Source: Escherichia coli (GTDB taxonomy: Bacteria > Pseudomonadota > Gammaproteobacteria > Enterobacterales > Enterobacteriaceae). Taken from it: 64,000 bases of DNA. The stretch lies in assembly GCF_003790525.1 (NCBI RefSeq), contig NZ_CP033635.1. One strand, 5' to 3'. The position numbers and the translations under genes were made by a program. The notes beneath the pieces were generated by a model, which had not been told where the DNA came from, did not search any database, and saw only the letters and a list, made by a program, of their open reading frames with translations. Of the stretch, positions 48,647 through 58,215 are shown in pieces (positions within the stretch are counted from its first letter, which is position 1; the number at the start of each line of letters is the position of its first letter).

Positions 48647-48852
48647 TTAACATCTGTTGTTGTTTTGCACGGTTTTTGTCGGGTATGGATTTGGCGATTG
48701 CTGCGCAAATGCACACTTTCAGGGCAACAACTGCCTGATTTTTGGGCAAGATAATTAACGTTTTCGTATAGTAACAGAGTGAAAGTATTTTAAATCAAGG
48801 GATTAGATTTATGCTTTAATCGCAAATTGCGATCTAAATCAAATTAATCAGT

Positions 48853-48880
48853 TAAAGATAACCGCAGTGGGGCCGACATA
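48853..48880 (+). promoter_or_regulatory. candidate sigma-28 (FliA) promoter of aer
   Basis: taaagata-N11-gccgacat about 50 bp upstream of the aer ATG; matches the sigma-28 consensus TAAAGTTT-N11-GCCGATAA at most positions. Confidence 0.45.
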
Positions 48881-48928
48881 AACTCTGACAAGAAGTTAAC
48901 AACCATATAACCTGCACAGGACGCGAAC

Positions 48929-50449
48929 ATGTCTTCTCATCCGTATGTCACCCAGCAAAATACCCCGCTGGCGGACGATACCACTCTGATGTCCACTACC
49001 GATCTGCAAAGCTATATCACTCATGCTAATGACACTTTTGTGCAGGTGAGCGGCTTTACCTTGCAAGAGTTACAAGGGCAGCCGCACAACATGGTGCGTC
49101 ACCCGGATATGCCAAAAGCGGCGTTTGCAGATATGTGGTTCACCCTGAAAAAAGGGGAGCCCTGGAGCGGCATCGTGAAAAATCGCCGCAAAAATGGCGA
49201 CCATTATTGGGTGCGGGCCAATGCGGTACCGATGGTGCGCGAGGGAAAAATCAGTGGCTATATGTCGATTCGTACCCGGGCGACGGATGAAGAGATCGCG
49301 GCGGTGGAGCCGCTGTACAAAGCGTTGAACGCCGGACGTACCAGTAAGCGTATTCATAAAGGCCTGGTGGTGCGTAAAGGCTGGCTGGGAAAACTGCCTT
49401 CATTACCGCTTCGCTGGCGGGCGCGTGGCGTGATGACCCTGATGTTTATCTTGCTGGCGGTCATGCTTTGGTTTGTTGCTGCCCCGGTGGTGACGTATAT
49501 CCTCTGTGCGTTAGTGGTATTGTTGGCAAGCGCCTGTTTTGAATGGCAGATTGTCCGCCCGATAGAAAATGTCGCCCGTCAGGCACTGAAGGTGGCGACC
49601 GGAGAGCGTAATAGTGTTGAGCATCTGAATCGCAGCGATGAGCTGGGGCTGACATTACGCGCGGTAGGGCAGCTTGGCCTGATGTGCCGTTGGCTAATTA
49701 ACGATGTCTCAAGCCAGGTGTCCAGTGTCAGAAATGGCAGTGAGACGCTGGCGAAAGGCACCGATGAACTGAACGAACATACCCAGCAGACAGTTGATAA
49801 CGTTCAGCAAACGGTGGCGACCATGAACCAGATGGCGGCGTCGGTGAAACAGAACTCTGCCACGGCGTCGGCTGCTGATAAACTTTCTATCACCGCCAGT
49901 AATGCGGCAGTGCAGGGCGGGGAGGCGATGACTACGGTGATCAAGACAATGGACGATATTGCCGACAGTACCCAGCGCATTGGCACCATTACTTCGCTGA
50001 TTAACGATATTGCGTTTCAGACCAATATTCTGGCCCTGAATGCGGCGGTGGAAGCGGCGCGTGCCGGCGAACAGGGCAAAGGTTTTGCAGTGGTGGCGGG
50101 GGAAGTGCGTCATTTAGCCAGCCGCAGCGCCAATGCTGCCAACGATATTCGCAAGCTGATTGATGCCAGTGCTGATAAGGTGCAATCTGGTTCGCAGCAG
50201 GTACACGCCGCCGGACGGACGATGGAAGATATTGTGGCGCAGGTAAAAAACGTCACCCAGTTGATAGCTCAGATTAGCCATTCAACGCTGGAACAGGCCG
50301 ATGGGCTTTCCAGCCTGACCCGTGCAGTGGATGAGCTTAACCTGATCACCCAGAAAAACGCCGAGTTAGTGGAAGAGAGTGCGCAGGTGTCGGCGATGGT
50401 GAAACACCGCGCCAGCCGACTGGAAGACGCGGTGACGGTGCTGCATTAA
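48929..50449 (+). CDS. aer: aerotaxis receptor (PAS-FAD plus MCP signalling domain)
   Basis: 506-aa [45 protein letters not shown]... Confidence 0.92.
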   Translation: MSSHPYVTQQNTPLADDTTLMSTTDLQSYITHANDTFVQVSGFTLQELQGQPHNMVRHPDMPKAAFADMWFTLKKGEPWSGIVKNRRKNGDHYWVRANAVPMVREGKISGYMSIRTRATDEEIAAVEPLYKALNAGRTSKRIHKGLVVRKGWLGKLPSLPLRWRARGVMTLMFILLAVMLWFVAAPVVTYILCALVVLLASACFEWQIVRPIENVARQALKVATGERNSVEHLNRSDELGLTLRAVGQLGLMCRWLINDVSSQVSSVRNGSETLAKGTDELNEHTQQTVDNVQQTVATMNQMAASVKQNSATASAADKLSITASNAAVQGGEAMTTVIKTMDDIADSTQRIGTITSLINDIAFQTNILALNAAVEAARAGEQGKGFAVVAGEVRHLASRSANAANDIRKLIDASADKVQSGSQQVHAAGRTMEDIVAQVKNVTQLIAQISHSTLEQADGLSSLTRAVDELNLITQKNAELVEESAQVSAMVKHRASRLEDAVTVLH

Positions 50450-50477
50450 TCGGTATGCCGGATCCGGCAATCGGTGA

Positions 50478-51101
50478 TTAATCCAGTTGCGTAATATCAA
50501 AAGCGGCGCGGTCGATCACCGCAATGATCTTTTTTATTTGTGCATCAGTGATATCGCTCTGGTTGACGCGTAAATCCAGCACCGCTTTAAAATTATCCAG
50601 CGCCCGCTTCATTTGCGGGTTCTGGCGCAGCGCAGCGCCAACGCAACGCGATTTGATGCGTTCTTCAATCATCTCTACCTGTTCGCGGTTTTCTTCCAGC
50701 CACTGCGCGCCTTGTTCGGTCAGCGCAATCTGCTTCTTACCACCTTCCTCTTCGCGAATGGTAATCAGCGACTGCTCCTGCAGAAAATCCAGCGTTGGGT
50801 AGATGACGCCCGGGCTTGGGGTGTAATTCCCCTGGGTTAGATTCTCAATCGCTTTAATCAATTCGTAACCGTGGCTGTCATCGCGCGAGAGAATATCCAG
50901 AATCACCAGACGTAATTCACCGTGACCAAAGAAACGTTGCCGACGACCGCCGCCGCGACCGTGGCGACCACCGCAGCATTGACCGTGTTCATGCTGGTGA
51001 CCGTGTCCGCAGTGCTCGTGTTCTGACTTCTCACCTTTGCAGCAGCCCTCATGGCGTGGCTGGCCTTCATGTTTACAACACCCTTCGTGATGATGGCTCA
51101 T
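50478..51101 (-). CDS. yqjI: PadR-family Ni/Fe-responsive repressor
   Basis: 207-aa ORF with a His/Cys-rich N-terminus MSHHHEGCCKHEGQPRHEGCCKGEKSEHEHCGHGHQHEHG and a PadR winged-HTH. Confidence 0.88.
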   Translation of the reverse strand: MSHHHEGCCKHEGQPRHEGCCKGEKSEHEHCGHGHQHEHGQCCGGRHGRGGGRRQRFFGHGELRLVILDILSRDDSHGYELIKAIENLTQGNYTPSPGVIYPTLDFLQEQSLITIREEEGGKKQIALTEQGAQWLEENREQVEMIEERIKSRCVGAALRQNPQMKRALDNFKAVLDLRVNQSDITDAQIKKIIAVIDRAAFDITQLD

Positions 51102-51122
51102 ATCAGCCTCCTTTTGCTTAAT

Positions 51123-51136
51123 TAGATATATCTAAT
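51123..51136. promoter_or_regulatory. palindromic TTAGATATATCTAA motif (candidate YqjI operator) at the yqjI promoter
   Basis: Perfect palindrome ttagatatatctaa just upstream of the yqjI start; a related copy ttagatatatctga lies at about 51351-51364 upstream of yqjH. Confidence 0.35.
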
Positions 51137-51200
51137 TTATATCTGATATGAGCACTCTTGCAAGAATAAAAATGATTTTTAAATGTGGCTCATCTCACAC

Positions 51201-51280
51201 GTAGGCCGGATAAGGCGTTCACGCCGCATCCGACATTGAGCAATGATGCTTGATAAGAGGTTGCGCGTCTTATCAGACTA
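51201..51280. repeat. REP element
   Basis: gtaggccggataaggcgttcacgccgcatccgaca in the yqjI-yqjH intergenic region. Confidence 0.5.
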
Positions 51281-51313
51281 CAGATATATCAGTTCTACAA
51301 ATCGCTTGCATTT

Positions 51314-51338
51314 ATCATGATTAACAATCATTATCATT
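51314..51338. promoter_or_regulatory. candidate Fur box upstream of yqjH
   Basis: atcatgattaacaatcattatcatt resembles the Fur consensus (GATAATGATAATCATTATC). yqjH encodes a ferric-siderophore reductase. Confidence 0.35.
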
Positions 51339-51387
51339 TACGAAAATTATTTAGATATATCTGATTACTATCACGAAGGCGATAACA

Positions 51388-52152
51388 ATGAATAACTCCC
51401 CCCGCTACCCGCAGCGCGTTCGCAATGATCTGCGCTTCCGTGAACTGACTGTGTTACGCGTTGAGCGCATCAGCGCCGGTTTTCAGCGCATTGTCCTCGG
51501 CGGCGAGGCGCTGGACGGTTTTACGTCGCGCGGCTTTGACGATCACAGCAAACTCTTCTTTCCTCAACCTGACGCTCACTTTGTGCCGCCAACGGTAACG
51601 GAAGAGGGCATCGTCTGGCCGGAAGGACCACGCCCACCGTCGCGTGACTATACGCCGCTGTATGACGAACTACGCCATGAACTGGCGATCGATTTCTTTA
51701 TTCACGACGGTGGGGTCGCCAGCGGCTGGGCGATGCAGGCGAAACCGGGCGATAAACTTACGGTGGCAGGTCCGCGCGGTTCGCTGGTGGTGCCGGAAGA
51801 TTACGCGTATCAGCTGTATGTCTGCGATGAATCCGGAATGCCCGCACTGCGCCGCCGCCTGGAAACGTTGAGCAAACTTGCCGTTAAACCGCAAGTTAGT
51901 GCGCTGGTTAGCGTGCGGGATAACGCCTGTCAGGATTATCTCGCGCACCTTGATGGTTTTAATATCGAATGGCTGGCACATGATGAGCAGGCGGTAGATG
52001 CGCGTCTGGCGCAGATGCAAATCCCTGCCGATGATTACTTCATCTGGATAACCGGCGAAGGCAAAGTCGTTAAGAATTTAAGCCGCCGCTTTGAAGCGGA
52101 ACAGTATGACCCACAGCGGGTACGTGCAGCGGCTTACTGGCACGCAAAGTAA
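51388..52152 (+). CDS. yqjH: NADPH-dependent ferric-siderophore reductase
   Basis: 254-aa ORF MNNSPRYPQRVRNDLRFRELTVLRVERISAGFQRIVLGGEALDGF... Confidence 0.88.
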   Translation: MNNSPRYPQRVRNDLRFRELTVLRVERISAGFQRIVLGGEALDGFTSRGFDDHSKLFFPQPDAHFVPPTVTEEGIVWPEGPRPPSRDYTPLYDELRHELAIDFFIHDGGVASGWAMQAKPGDKLTVAGPRGSLVVPEDYAYQLYVCDESGMPALRRRLETLSKLAVKPQVSALVSVRDNACQDYLAHLDGFNIEWLAHDEQAVDARLAQMQIPADDYFIWITGEGKVVKNLSRRFEAEQYDPQRVRAAAYWHAK

Positions 52153-52168
52153 CTGATATATATAAAGA

Positions 52169-52196
52169 AAAAGGCTGACGATTTCTCGTCAGCCTT
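52169..52196. terminator. bidirectional rho-independent terminator (yqjH / ileX)
   Basis: Hairpin aaaggctgacg-atttct-cgtcagccttt flanked by A-run on one side and T-run on the other. Confidence 0.5.
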
Positions 52197-52205
52197 TGCT
52201 ATGTC

Positions 52206-52253
52206 TGGTGGCCCCTGCTGGACTTGAACCAGCGACCAAGCGATTATGAGTCA
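52206..52253 (-). other. ileX: 3' partial copy (about 47 nt) of tRNA-Ile2 (ileX, CAU anticodon): island att junction
   Basis: Minus-strand read gives ...GACTCATAATCGCTTGGTCGCTGGTTCAAGTCCAGCAGGGGCCACCA, i.e. anticodon loop, T-arm, acceptor 3' strand and CCA. The 5' half (acceptor/D-arm) is absent; the upstream sequence diverges. Confidence 0.75.
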
Positions 52254-52378
52254 TGAGGCAAGTTCGTTCTATATTGTTTTTGTTTGTTCGTGATTGCTTT
52301 ATTAGTTGTTTGTAATCAATAAATTATGTGATTTTCCCTGTCTCCGCTTGGTTCCGTTTTTTCTTCATTGTACGATCG

Positions 52379-52402
52379 TTACCTGACCCATTACCTGACC
52401 CA
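52379..52402 (+). repeat. tandem 12-bp direct repeat (ttacctgaccca x2) upstream of int
   Basis: Two exact adjacent copies about 47 bp upstream of the integrase ATG, within the island-side arm of the att junction. Confidence 0.6.
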
Positions 52403-52448
52403 AAATCACGAGTTATTCTGATTGTTACTGGTTTAGAAAAGAGGTTCT

Positions 52449-53765
52449 ATGGCCGTCAATCTTACTGAAACAGCCATCCGAGCATTGAAAGCAAAAAAGA
52501 CATCGTTCTATGTCTGGAGCAACAGCTCTCAACGTGGCACTGGACGACTTGGTGTCAAAGTTCAGCCTTCTGGCAGCAAGATTTTCTATTTCCGCTATTA
52601 CGTGGAAAAAGGGAAAAAAGAAAGATTCATTCAATTGGGTATATGGCCTGAGATGAAACTGGCCACAGCGAATGAACTGACAAAAAAGTATGGTGCCTGG
52701 CTCATTGAAGGAAAGGATCCCCAGGCAGAACTGGAACGACAACAGTTTGCAGAACAGCAGCGGATACAACTCCATCAATCACAGGGCTCATTTGAAGCAT
52801 TGATTCATGGTTATGTTAACAAAATGAAAATTGATAATAAGAGGACATGGCAGGATGTTCTGAAACGCCTTGAAAATGAATGCTATACAGTGATCCCCCG
52901 TGAAACTAAAGCTAAAGATGTGACTTCCGGACAGATTAAACATATCCTGGCCGGGATCATTCAGCGCGGTGCTGTGGTTCACTCTAACCGGATCCGTTCT
53001 TACCTGATGGCTGCATTTAACTATGGACTGAAAGCAGATAACGATCCGATGAACACAAGTGTAGGGATTACTTTTGGGCTGGAGGCAAATCCGGTGTCAG
53101 TGATACCGAAACAGTCATCTGCTGAAAAAGTCGGTGATACCTGGCTGACACTTGAAGAGTTGCGTTTTCTAATGGAACATTTTGCTGAAGCAACCAACGT
53201 TGGATTATTGATGCAACATTTGATCCGATTCTGTATCTATACCGGAGGGCAACGTCCTTTCGAAATGATCGCCAGTCAGTGGTGTGATGTTGATTTTCAA
53301 CAAAAAACGCTGCTGGTGACTGCTGATGTCTCTAAAAATAAACGAGAGCATTTGATACCGTTGACTGAATCAGCATTACAGGAATTATCCTGTGTGCAGG
53401 AGTTAACAAAAGAAAAATCCAGCCCTTACATTTTTCCACTTTCGACTAATGGTAAGCGTCCGGTTCGTACGGACAGTCTGGCTCGCGCTATCATGTATTT
53501 CCGGGCTTTTAATCCTGACTTTAAAATTTTTACAGCACGTGACTTACGTCGGACCTGTAAAACGTTAATGGGAGAAGCTGGGATCAGTAAGGAAATCCGC
53601 GATCGTATTCAAAATCATGCGTTGAACGATGTCAGTTCAAAACATTATGATCGATACGATTATTTGCCAGAAAAACGCAGAGCACTTGAGATCTGGGAGG
53701 ACCGGGTTAATAACTATCAACAGCAAACAGGCAATAATGTTGTCAATCTGTTTGGCAGAAGGTGA
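52449..53765 (+). CDS. P4-type tyrosine recombinase / phage integrase
   Basis: 438-aa ORF MAVNLTETAIRALKAKKTSFYVWSNSSQRGTGRLGVKVQPSGSKIFYFRYYV... (typical N-terminal arm-binding region of P4-like integrases); the C-terminal region contains R, H and Y residues compatible with a tyrosine-recombinase catalytic core; adjacent to the tRNA fragment. Confidence 0.9.
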   Translation: MAVNLTETAIRALKAKKTSFYVWSNSSQRGTGRLGVKVQPSGSKIFYFRYYVEKGKKERFIQLGIWPEMKLATANELTKKYGAWLIEGKDPQAELERQQFAEQQRIQLHQSQGSFEALIHGYVNKMKIDNKRTWQDVLKRLENECYTVIPRETKAKDVTSGQIKHILAGIIQRGAVVHSNRIRSYLMAAFNYGLKADNDPMNTSVGITFGLEANPVSVIPKQSSAEKVGDTWLTLEELRFLMEHFAEATNVGLLMQHLIRFCIYTGGQRPFEMIASQWCDVDFQQKTLLVTADVSKNKREHLIPLTESALQELSCVQELTKEKSSPYIFPLSTNGKRPVRTDSLARAIMYFRAFNPDFKIFTARDLRRTCKTLMGEAGISKEIRDRIQNHALNDVSSKHYDRYDYLPEKRRALEIWEDRVNNYQQQTGNNVVNLFGRR

Positions 53766-53894
53766 GGGAGTTCCTGGTTGCTGTACGAATTGTGTACAAT
53801 TGATGGGTATTGTTGATGCACTTGGTTCTTGTATTGTTTACTATAATTATTGAGGTAAATTTTCGTGCCGGTATTACTCAGAGGGGATTCAAAA

Positions 53895-54491
53895 ATGGCT
53901 GTAATTCCAATGTCTTACTCCCCTGCTACTGTAGCTCGTCGTTTTTCGATACTGGATGGAGTAACTATTCAGGGCGTGCTTTACCAGATCATCTGGGATC
54001 CAAAGACTCCGTTTGCTGCGGTAATCGAAGCTGCACCTTCTGTTATTGATGGTGATGTTCGCCATAAGGTTGTTGCCACTCTGGAGCTTCAGCGTCGTCC
54101 CCGGCTTGAAGGCGTGTTTGTCCAGAAATTCTGGGAAGAACAGGATGTTGCTCAGATTGAAGGGATTGTTGTCGATGGCGCTGTACGTGATGTTGGTCTT
54201 GCAACGTTTGTTTATGAAACGATAGTCACAAAAGCGGGCGTTGTACTATTAAGTGATAACGAGCAATATGAAGGAGGTAAAGCTCTCTGGCAGCATATTG
54301 CGCGTCGTTCAACGAATCTGAAGGTGTTTATTTTAGATACTGATTCCGCACGGTATTACCCGTTTGATGGCGAACGGATCAGTTATGACGGGAAAAGCAT
54401 CCCGGAATCAGAAATCTGGAGTGAACATCCTGAGCGAAACAGACACGCTGTCGTTCTTGTGGCTGAATCTGTTAATGGTAAAGCCGCATAA
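53895..54491 (+). CDS. hypothetical protein (198 aa), integrase-proximal cargo
   Basis: ORF 53865..54491; ATG at 53895 has a good SD (agagggga). No family recognised; an R-x-x-G-x-A stretch (VRDVGLA) is only faintly reminiscent of GNAT motif A. Confidence 0.55.
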   Translation: MAVIPMSYSPATVARRFSILDGVTIQGVLYQIIWDPKTPFAAVIEAAPSVIDGDVRHKVVATLELQRRPRLEGVFVQKFWEEQDVAQIEGIVVDGAVRDVGLATFVYETIVTKAGVVLLSDNEQYEGGKALWQHIARRSTNLKVFILDTDSARYYPFDGERISYDGKSIPESEIWSEHPERNRHAVVLVAESVNGKAA

Positions 54492-54573
54492 TTTGCTGAG
54501 TGTCTCATTTTTTGAGATCTTGCTGGAAAGTCTCCTTTGGGGATAGCGAACTGCTATCCCCTTTCTCAGTGAG

Positions 54574-56178
54574 TTACTGTTCGACCAGACATTTTCCCCA
54601 TAAAGGTCGTATCGAGTATCTATCTTCGCTATATGGATTTATTTTATTTTTTTCCCTCTGTGCTATCAGCAACGTGTCGATCTCATCCTTAATAATGTGT
54701 TGAACTGCTTGACGGTAACGGTTAAGCGAAGTGTCACTGATATCTTGTGGAAGTTGTAGACTGCCATCTGCCTTGACAAGTTCATTTACACCATCTTTAA
54801 TTCTGCGTCCCTGACCATCAGGTATACCTTCATTCAGATCATAGCCTTTTAGTCCTGCAAGACGAATATTCACGTCAATCTTTTCTGTACGTATCTTTTT
54901 GTTACTTACCAACAGAATTTTATTGGCGTTATACCATTTTTCAAATATTTCCAGTTGTTTCATGATGTTTGTGAAGTTATTCAGTTCGCTCCTGAATTCA
55001 ATAGATTTTCTAATTTTACGCTCTTTTGCATCAATGTTTATTCCTGGATAATTTATTTCCATTTTTAACGGTTCTGTGTATGCCTGTTGCAGGCAATCAG
55101 CAAGATTCATTGCTGCATCCTGCAGGGTATTGGTATAAATCAGTTTCAGAAGTTCATCACGCTGTATAGTGATTTGACAATAGTCTTTTTCCCATGCGGT
55201 GGTGTTTTCAATCGTGTCACTTTCATCGGAAATAATTGTTGTGAACTTCCAGGTGTAACGAATAAAATCATTTCCTTTAAAATATTGCACTAATTTATTT
55301 AACCATTCATATATTTCCAGAGCATAAAGTTTAACGTATCCATCATATATTATCTTTGTTGCATTTTTGTTGGCTAGCGAAAACATTTTGTCCACGAATT
55401 CTGTACGCCCGATTGTTAGCAATTGTTTTCTAAGTTTACTCACATCGTTAGTATCTGGTTTCTCACAATTCCAGGGACTTTTGTATTCATTTTCAAAAGG
55501 AGAAAGCCATTCAGGAATCTCTGTTTCTGAGTGATAGCAGTTGTTAATAGCCAAACCAAGGGTTCTGGCAAGTATCGCTGATTCATCAATTTGATGGTAT
55601 CGGTTCAGTTGTTCCAGTAATTCTTTAGTACATGAGTGCGCAACAGAAAGATCCTGATGGCAATATCCTTGTCGAACCAGAGCGGGAAGTGGTGAGCAAT
55701 GAGCTTTACAATCTGTCAGAATATTGAACAAATCGTTTCTGACGAATTCTTCCATCTCAGGTGTTTTCCAGCCACCACTATTTTGGCCGACAAATTTTGC
55801 TGTTGGTTCCCTGTTCATATCTCCCCAGGTTTTCAGGCTGACGAGTCTGTTATCAAAACCATTGTATAAATGGCACATAACCTGAAAAGCAGCATACAGA
55901 TCTTTAGATAGTGGATTATCGGTCTCACTTATGGAGTAGTTCTCTCTGTTTTTCTCTAAAATACTTTGGAGTTTTGTGTTAGCGCGTAATGCCGAGAGAA
56001 TCCGATGTTGTTCATCAAACCAAGGACGATATTCTGGATCCAGATACAATCTGCGTGCTTTGAAAATGAGTAGAAGCAACTGTTCGGAAACAGCTTCATG
56101 TATGTGGGGAAACGGCATGGAGGTGCCGGATAAAACACGATAGTACGGGTGGTTTGTTTTTACCTTTTTAGTTACCAT
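54574..56178 (-). CDS. hypothetical protein (about 514-534 aa), AT-rich, convergent with the 198-aa gene
   Basis: Long uninterrupted ORF with Lys/Asn/Glu/Tyr-rich, low-GC composition. No Walker A, HEPN, PD-(D/E)xK or TM signature recognised by eye. Alternative start at Met21 (56118). Confidence 0.6.
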   Translation of the reverse strand: MVTKKVKTNHPYYRVLSGTSMPFPHIHEAVSEQLLLLIFKARRLYLDPEYRPWFDEQHRILSALRANTKLQSILEKNRENYSISETDNPLSKDLYAAFQVMCHLYNGFDNRLVSLKTWGDMNREPTAKFVGQNSGGWKTPEMEEFVRNDLFNILTDCKAHCSPLPALVRQGYCHQDLSVAHSCTKELLEQLNRYHQIDESAILARTLGLAINNCYHSETEIPEWLSPFENEYKSPWNCEKPDTNDVSKLRKQLLTIGRTEFVDKMFSLANKNATKIIYDGYVKLYALEIYEWLNKLVQYFKGNDFIRYTWKFTTIISDESDTIENTTAWEKDYCQITIQRDELLKLIYTNTLQDAAMNLADCLQQAYTEPLKMEINYPGINIDAKERKIRKSIEFRSELNNFTNIMKQLEIFEKWYNANKILLVSNKKIRTEKIDVNIRLAGLKGYDLNEGIPDGQGRRIKDGVNELVKADGSLQLPQDISDTSLNRYRQAVQHIIKDEIDTLLIAQREKNKINPYSEDRYSIRPLWGKCLVEQ

Positions 56179-56957
56179 AATGTTAAATTCTTCCGTCTAT
56201 TGCATAGCTGTTTCCAGTAGAGAAACTTGATACAGTCCTTTGTCAGGACATTGATACAGAGTTAACAGCCTCTACGAAATGGGAATCAGTTATGCAGTGG
56301 CATTATACGATGCTGAATCTAATACGATATCCTTAGCGTTTATTCCTGATTTTTTTACGAGCATTCCCTTTTGTTGCATATTGCTCAGGACGCAAATGAT
56401 TTTACGGTTATAGCCCTCTACAGTCACGTCACTTTCATCTGAAAATATGTATCGTTTTCATTCAATTATTATCTTTTGTCTGCACTTTAGCTTTAGAAAG
56501 TTGGCAAAAATCAACTCCCTCTTACAAGTTCTATTATCGCCAGAAGATAATTTTGTGAACTTCGTCACGTTTTCAAACTAATGTTGTGGGGGCTTTTCTG
56601 GGGAGAATTTTTGGTCACTACCCCTCCTCTTGATATCATAGATTATAACAAGATTTTTTTTGTTTTTGTCTGCATAAAATAACCTACGAATATTGTGATT
56701 TTGATTTTTATTTTGTATACCAAAAAGCATTGTTTAAGTTATTTTTATATTGTGACTTTCTTTGTTGTTATTGTGTTATTAGAAGTCAGTTAATTAAATC
56801 ATTTCTCACAATTTGATTTCTTGGTTGTGCAAATGTATTGTTTTGCTCGTGAGTTGCTGGTGCTGTTCAACAGCATACCACTACAGATAGATGTAGTGAT
56901 TTGAGCAGCTCACATGCATATACAATCTGAAAATCATGAATATATAAGGAGAGCAAT

Positions 56958-57185
56958 ATGTGGAAGCCGTTAAGAGATGAGAACCGTTTATCAATTTTGA
57001 AGATCTATGGATACACCTGTGACAGACTGGTACGAGAAAAGGAACGCCAGAAAATTACGTCTATTTCTCGTTCACAAGCCTGGAAACTGGAACGTGAAGG
57101 AAAATTCCCGCCACGTAAAACTATTGGAAAGAAATCCTGTGGGTGGTTATTAAGTGATCTATTGTGGTGGATTAGTCAGTATTAA
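56958..57185 (+). CDS. AlpA-family phage/island transcriptional regulator
   Basis: 75-aa ORF MWKPLRDENRLSILKIYGYTCDRLVREKERQKITSISRSQAWKLEREGKFPPRKTIGKKSCGWLLSDLLWWI: typical AlpA/Prophage_CP4-57 regulator pattern; strong SD (aaggag). Confidence 0.75.
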   Translation: MWKPLRDENRLSILKIYGYTCDRLVREKERQKITSISRSQAWKLEREGKFPPRKTIGKKSCGWLLSDLLWWISQY

Positions 57186-57247
57186 CCTTATAGTATCAGA
57201 ATAATATATATTTCTATATTTTAATTTTATAATTAAAAAGGAGTTTC

Positions 57248-57994
57248 ATGATGAAACGTGTCTCTTTCTCTCTTGCAGAAACATATGAAGCTGATGTAAT
57301 TAAAAAGTATCAGCATTTAAAAAAATGCTCATTTTCAGCAGCGATTAAAGAGTGTTTAAAGCTAGGGGCTCCTGTTTTAAACAGGATAAATGAAAATATT
57401 GCTGCTATAACTGATATAGAGGATAAGCTACGTCAGTTTTTTAATGAGGAACCATTTGTGCAACGGACAAAGCCTGAAATAACAAAAGGAGAGTTTTTTC
57501 ATAGCATTTATAAATCGCATATCAAATATGAATATGATGTTCTCGATAGAAAGATATTTCCTCATGAAAGCACCAGAAATGCTATGGGAGTTGCAGAGAA
57601 AAAGGGAATTAAAGAGAATGCGACCTTAATGCTGGAATATTATAAAGTTGAGAAGGCAATTTGTATTTACACGAACAGAAAAGTTTCCCATACCCTGAAT
57701 CGTGCAGGAGGGTTTTATAAAACCATTCTGATTAAAACCAGTGTTTTTGGGGATTATTTTTTTGACTTTTGCAATTCAGTTTGCCTGCCGATAGATGAGT
57801 TGATTGAGTATGGTACGAAAGAAACAGTGAGGCGACATCAGATTCGTAGTACAGGATTTTGTACTTTTCATATTCCGATTTTTTATATCAATAATAAGGC
57901 TGTAATAGTGCCTGTTCTGAGAACAGAGGAAGTTTCACAAAGTTCCAGAACAGGTGGAGATGTTATTATTATTAACCCATTTGAAGATGAATGA
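57248..57994 (+). CDS. hypothetical protein (248 aa) with possible N-terminal RHH-like segment
   Basis: N-terminus MMKRVSFSLAETYEADVIKKYQHL resembles the beta-strand-helix start of ribbon-helix-helix proteins; remainder unassigned; SD aaggag. Confidence 0.55.
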   Translation: MMKRVSFSLAETYEADVIKKYQHLKKCSFSAAIKECLKLGAPVLNRINENIAAITDIEDKLRQFFNEEPFVQRTKPEITKGEFFHSIYKSHIKYEYDVLDRKIFPHESTRNAMGVAEKKGIKENATLMLEYYKVEKAICIYTNRKVSHTLNRAGGFYKTILIKTSVFGDYFFDFCNSVCLPIDELIEYGTKETVRRHQIRSTGFCTFHIPIFYINNKAVIVPVLRTEEVSQSSRTGGDVIIINPFEDE

Positions 57995-58215
57995 TTATGG
58001 CCCGCGTAGATTTATTCATAACCCAGAAATCGTGGTGTAAATGATGAACAGAAACCGCTTTCTGAGGTTAAAGAGAGCAATCATTACCCGGGAGTGGCCA
58101 ACTCTTTTATCGAGTACTTTTCCGATGTATCTGGAGAGCCTCCCTTAGAAAAGAGTAATGCGACTCAGGAAAAAACAGGTTCAATAATTAATTCATGACA
58201 CCAGTTTGAGGCATT

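Noticed and set aside
52206-52285. Possible intact tRNA gene downstream of yqjH
   Set aside because: Only the 3' about 47 nt (anticodon loop through CCA) match tRNA-Ile2; the sequence where the acceptor 5' strand and D-arm should be (caaaaacaatatagaacgaacttgcc...) cannot pair with the GGGGCC acceptor 3' strand. Called as an att-site partial copy instead.
53629-54049. Small ORFs between the integrase and the 198-aa gene (53629..53853, 53810..54049) as a possible antitoxin or Xis
   Set aside because: They overlap the integrase 3' end or the start of the 198-aa gene in other frames, lack convincing ribosome-binding sites, and their products are Cys-rich low-complexity strings; no support for a real gene.
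54364-54703. Small ORFs in the convergent gap between the 198-aa and 534-aa genes (54364..54546, 54500..54703)
   Set aside because: They overlap the 3' ends of the two larger genes and have low-complexity hydrophobic products; most likely frame artefacts in AT-rich DNA.
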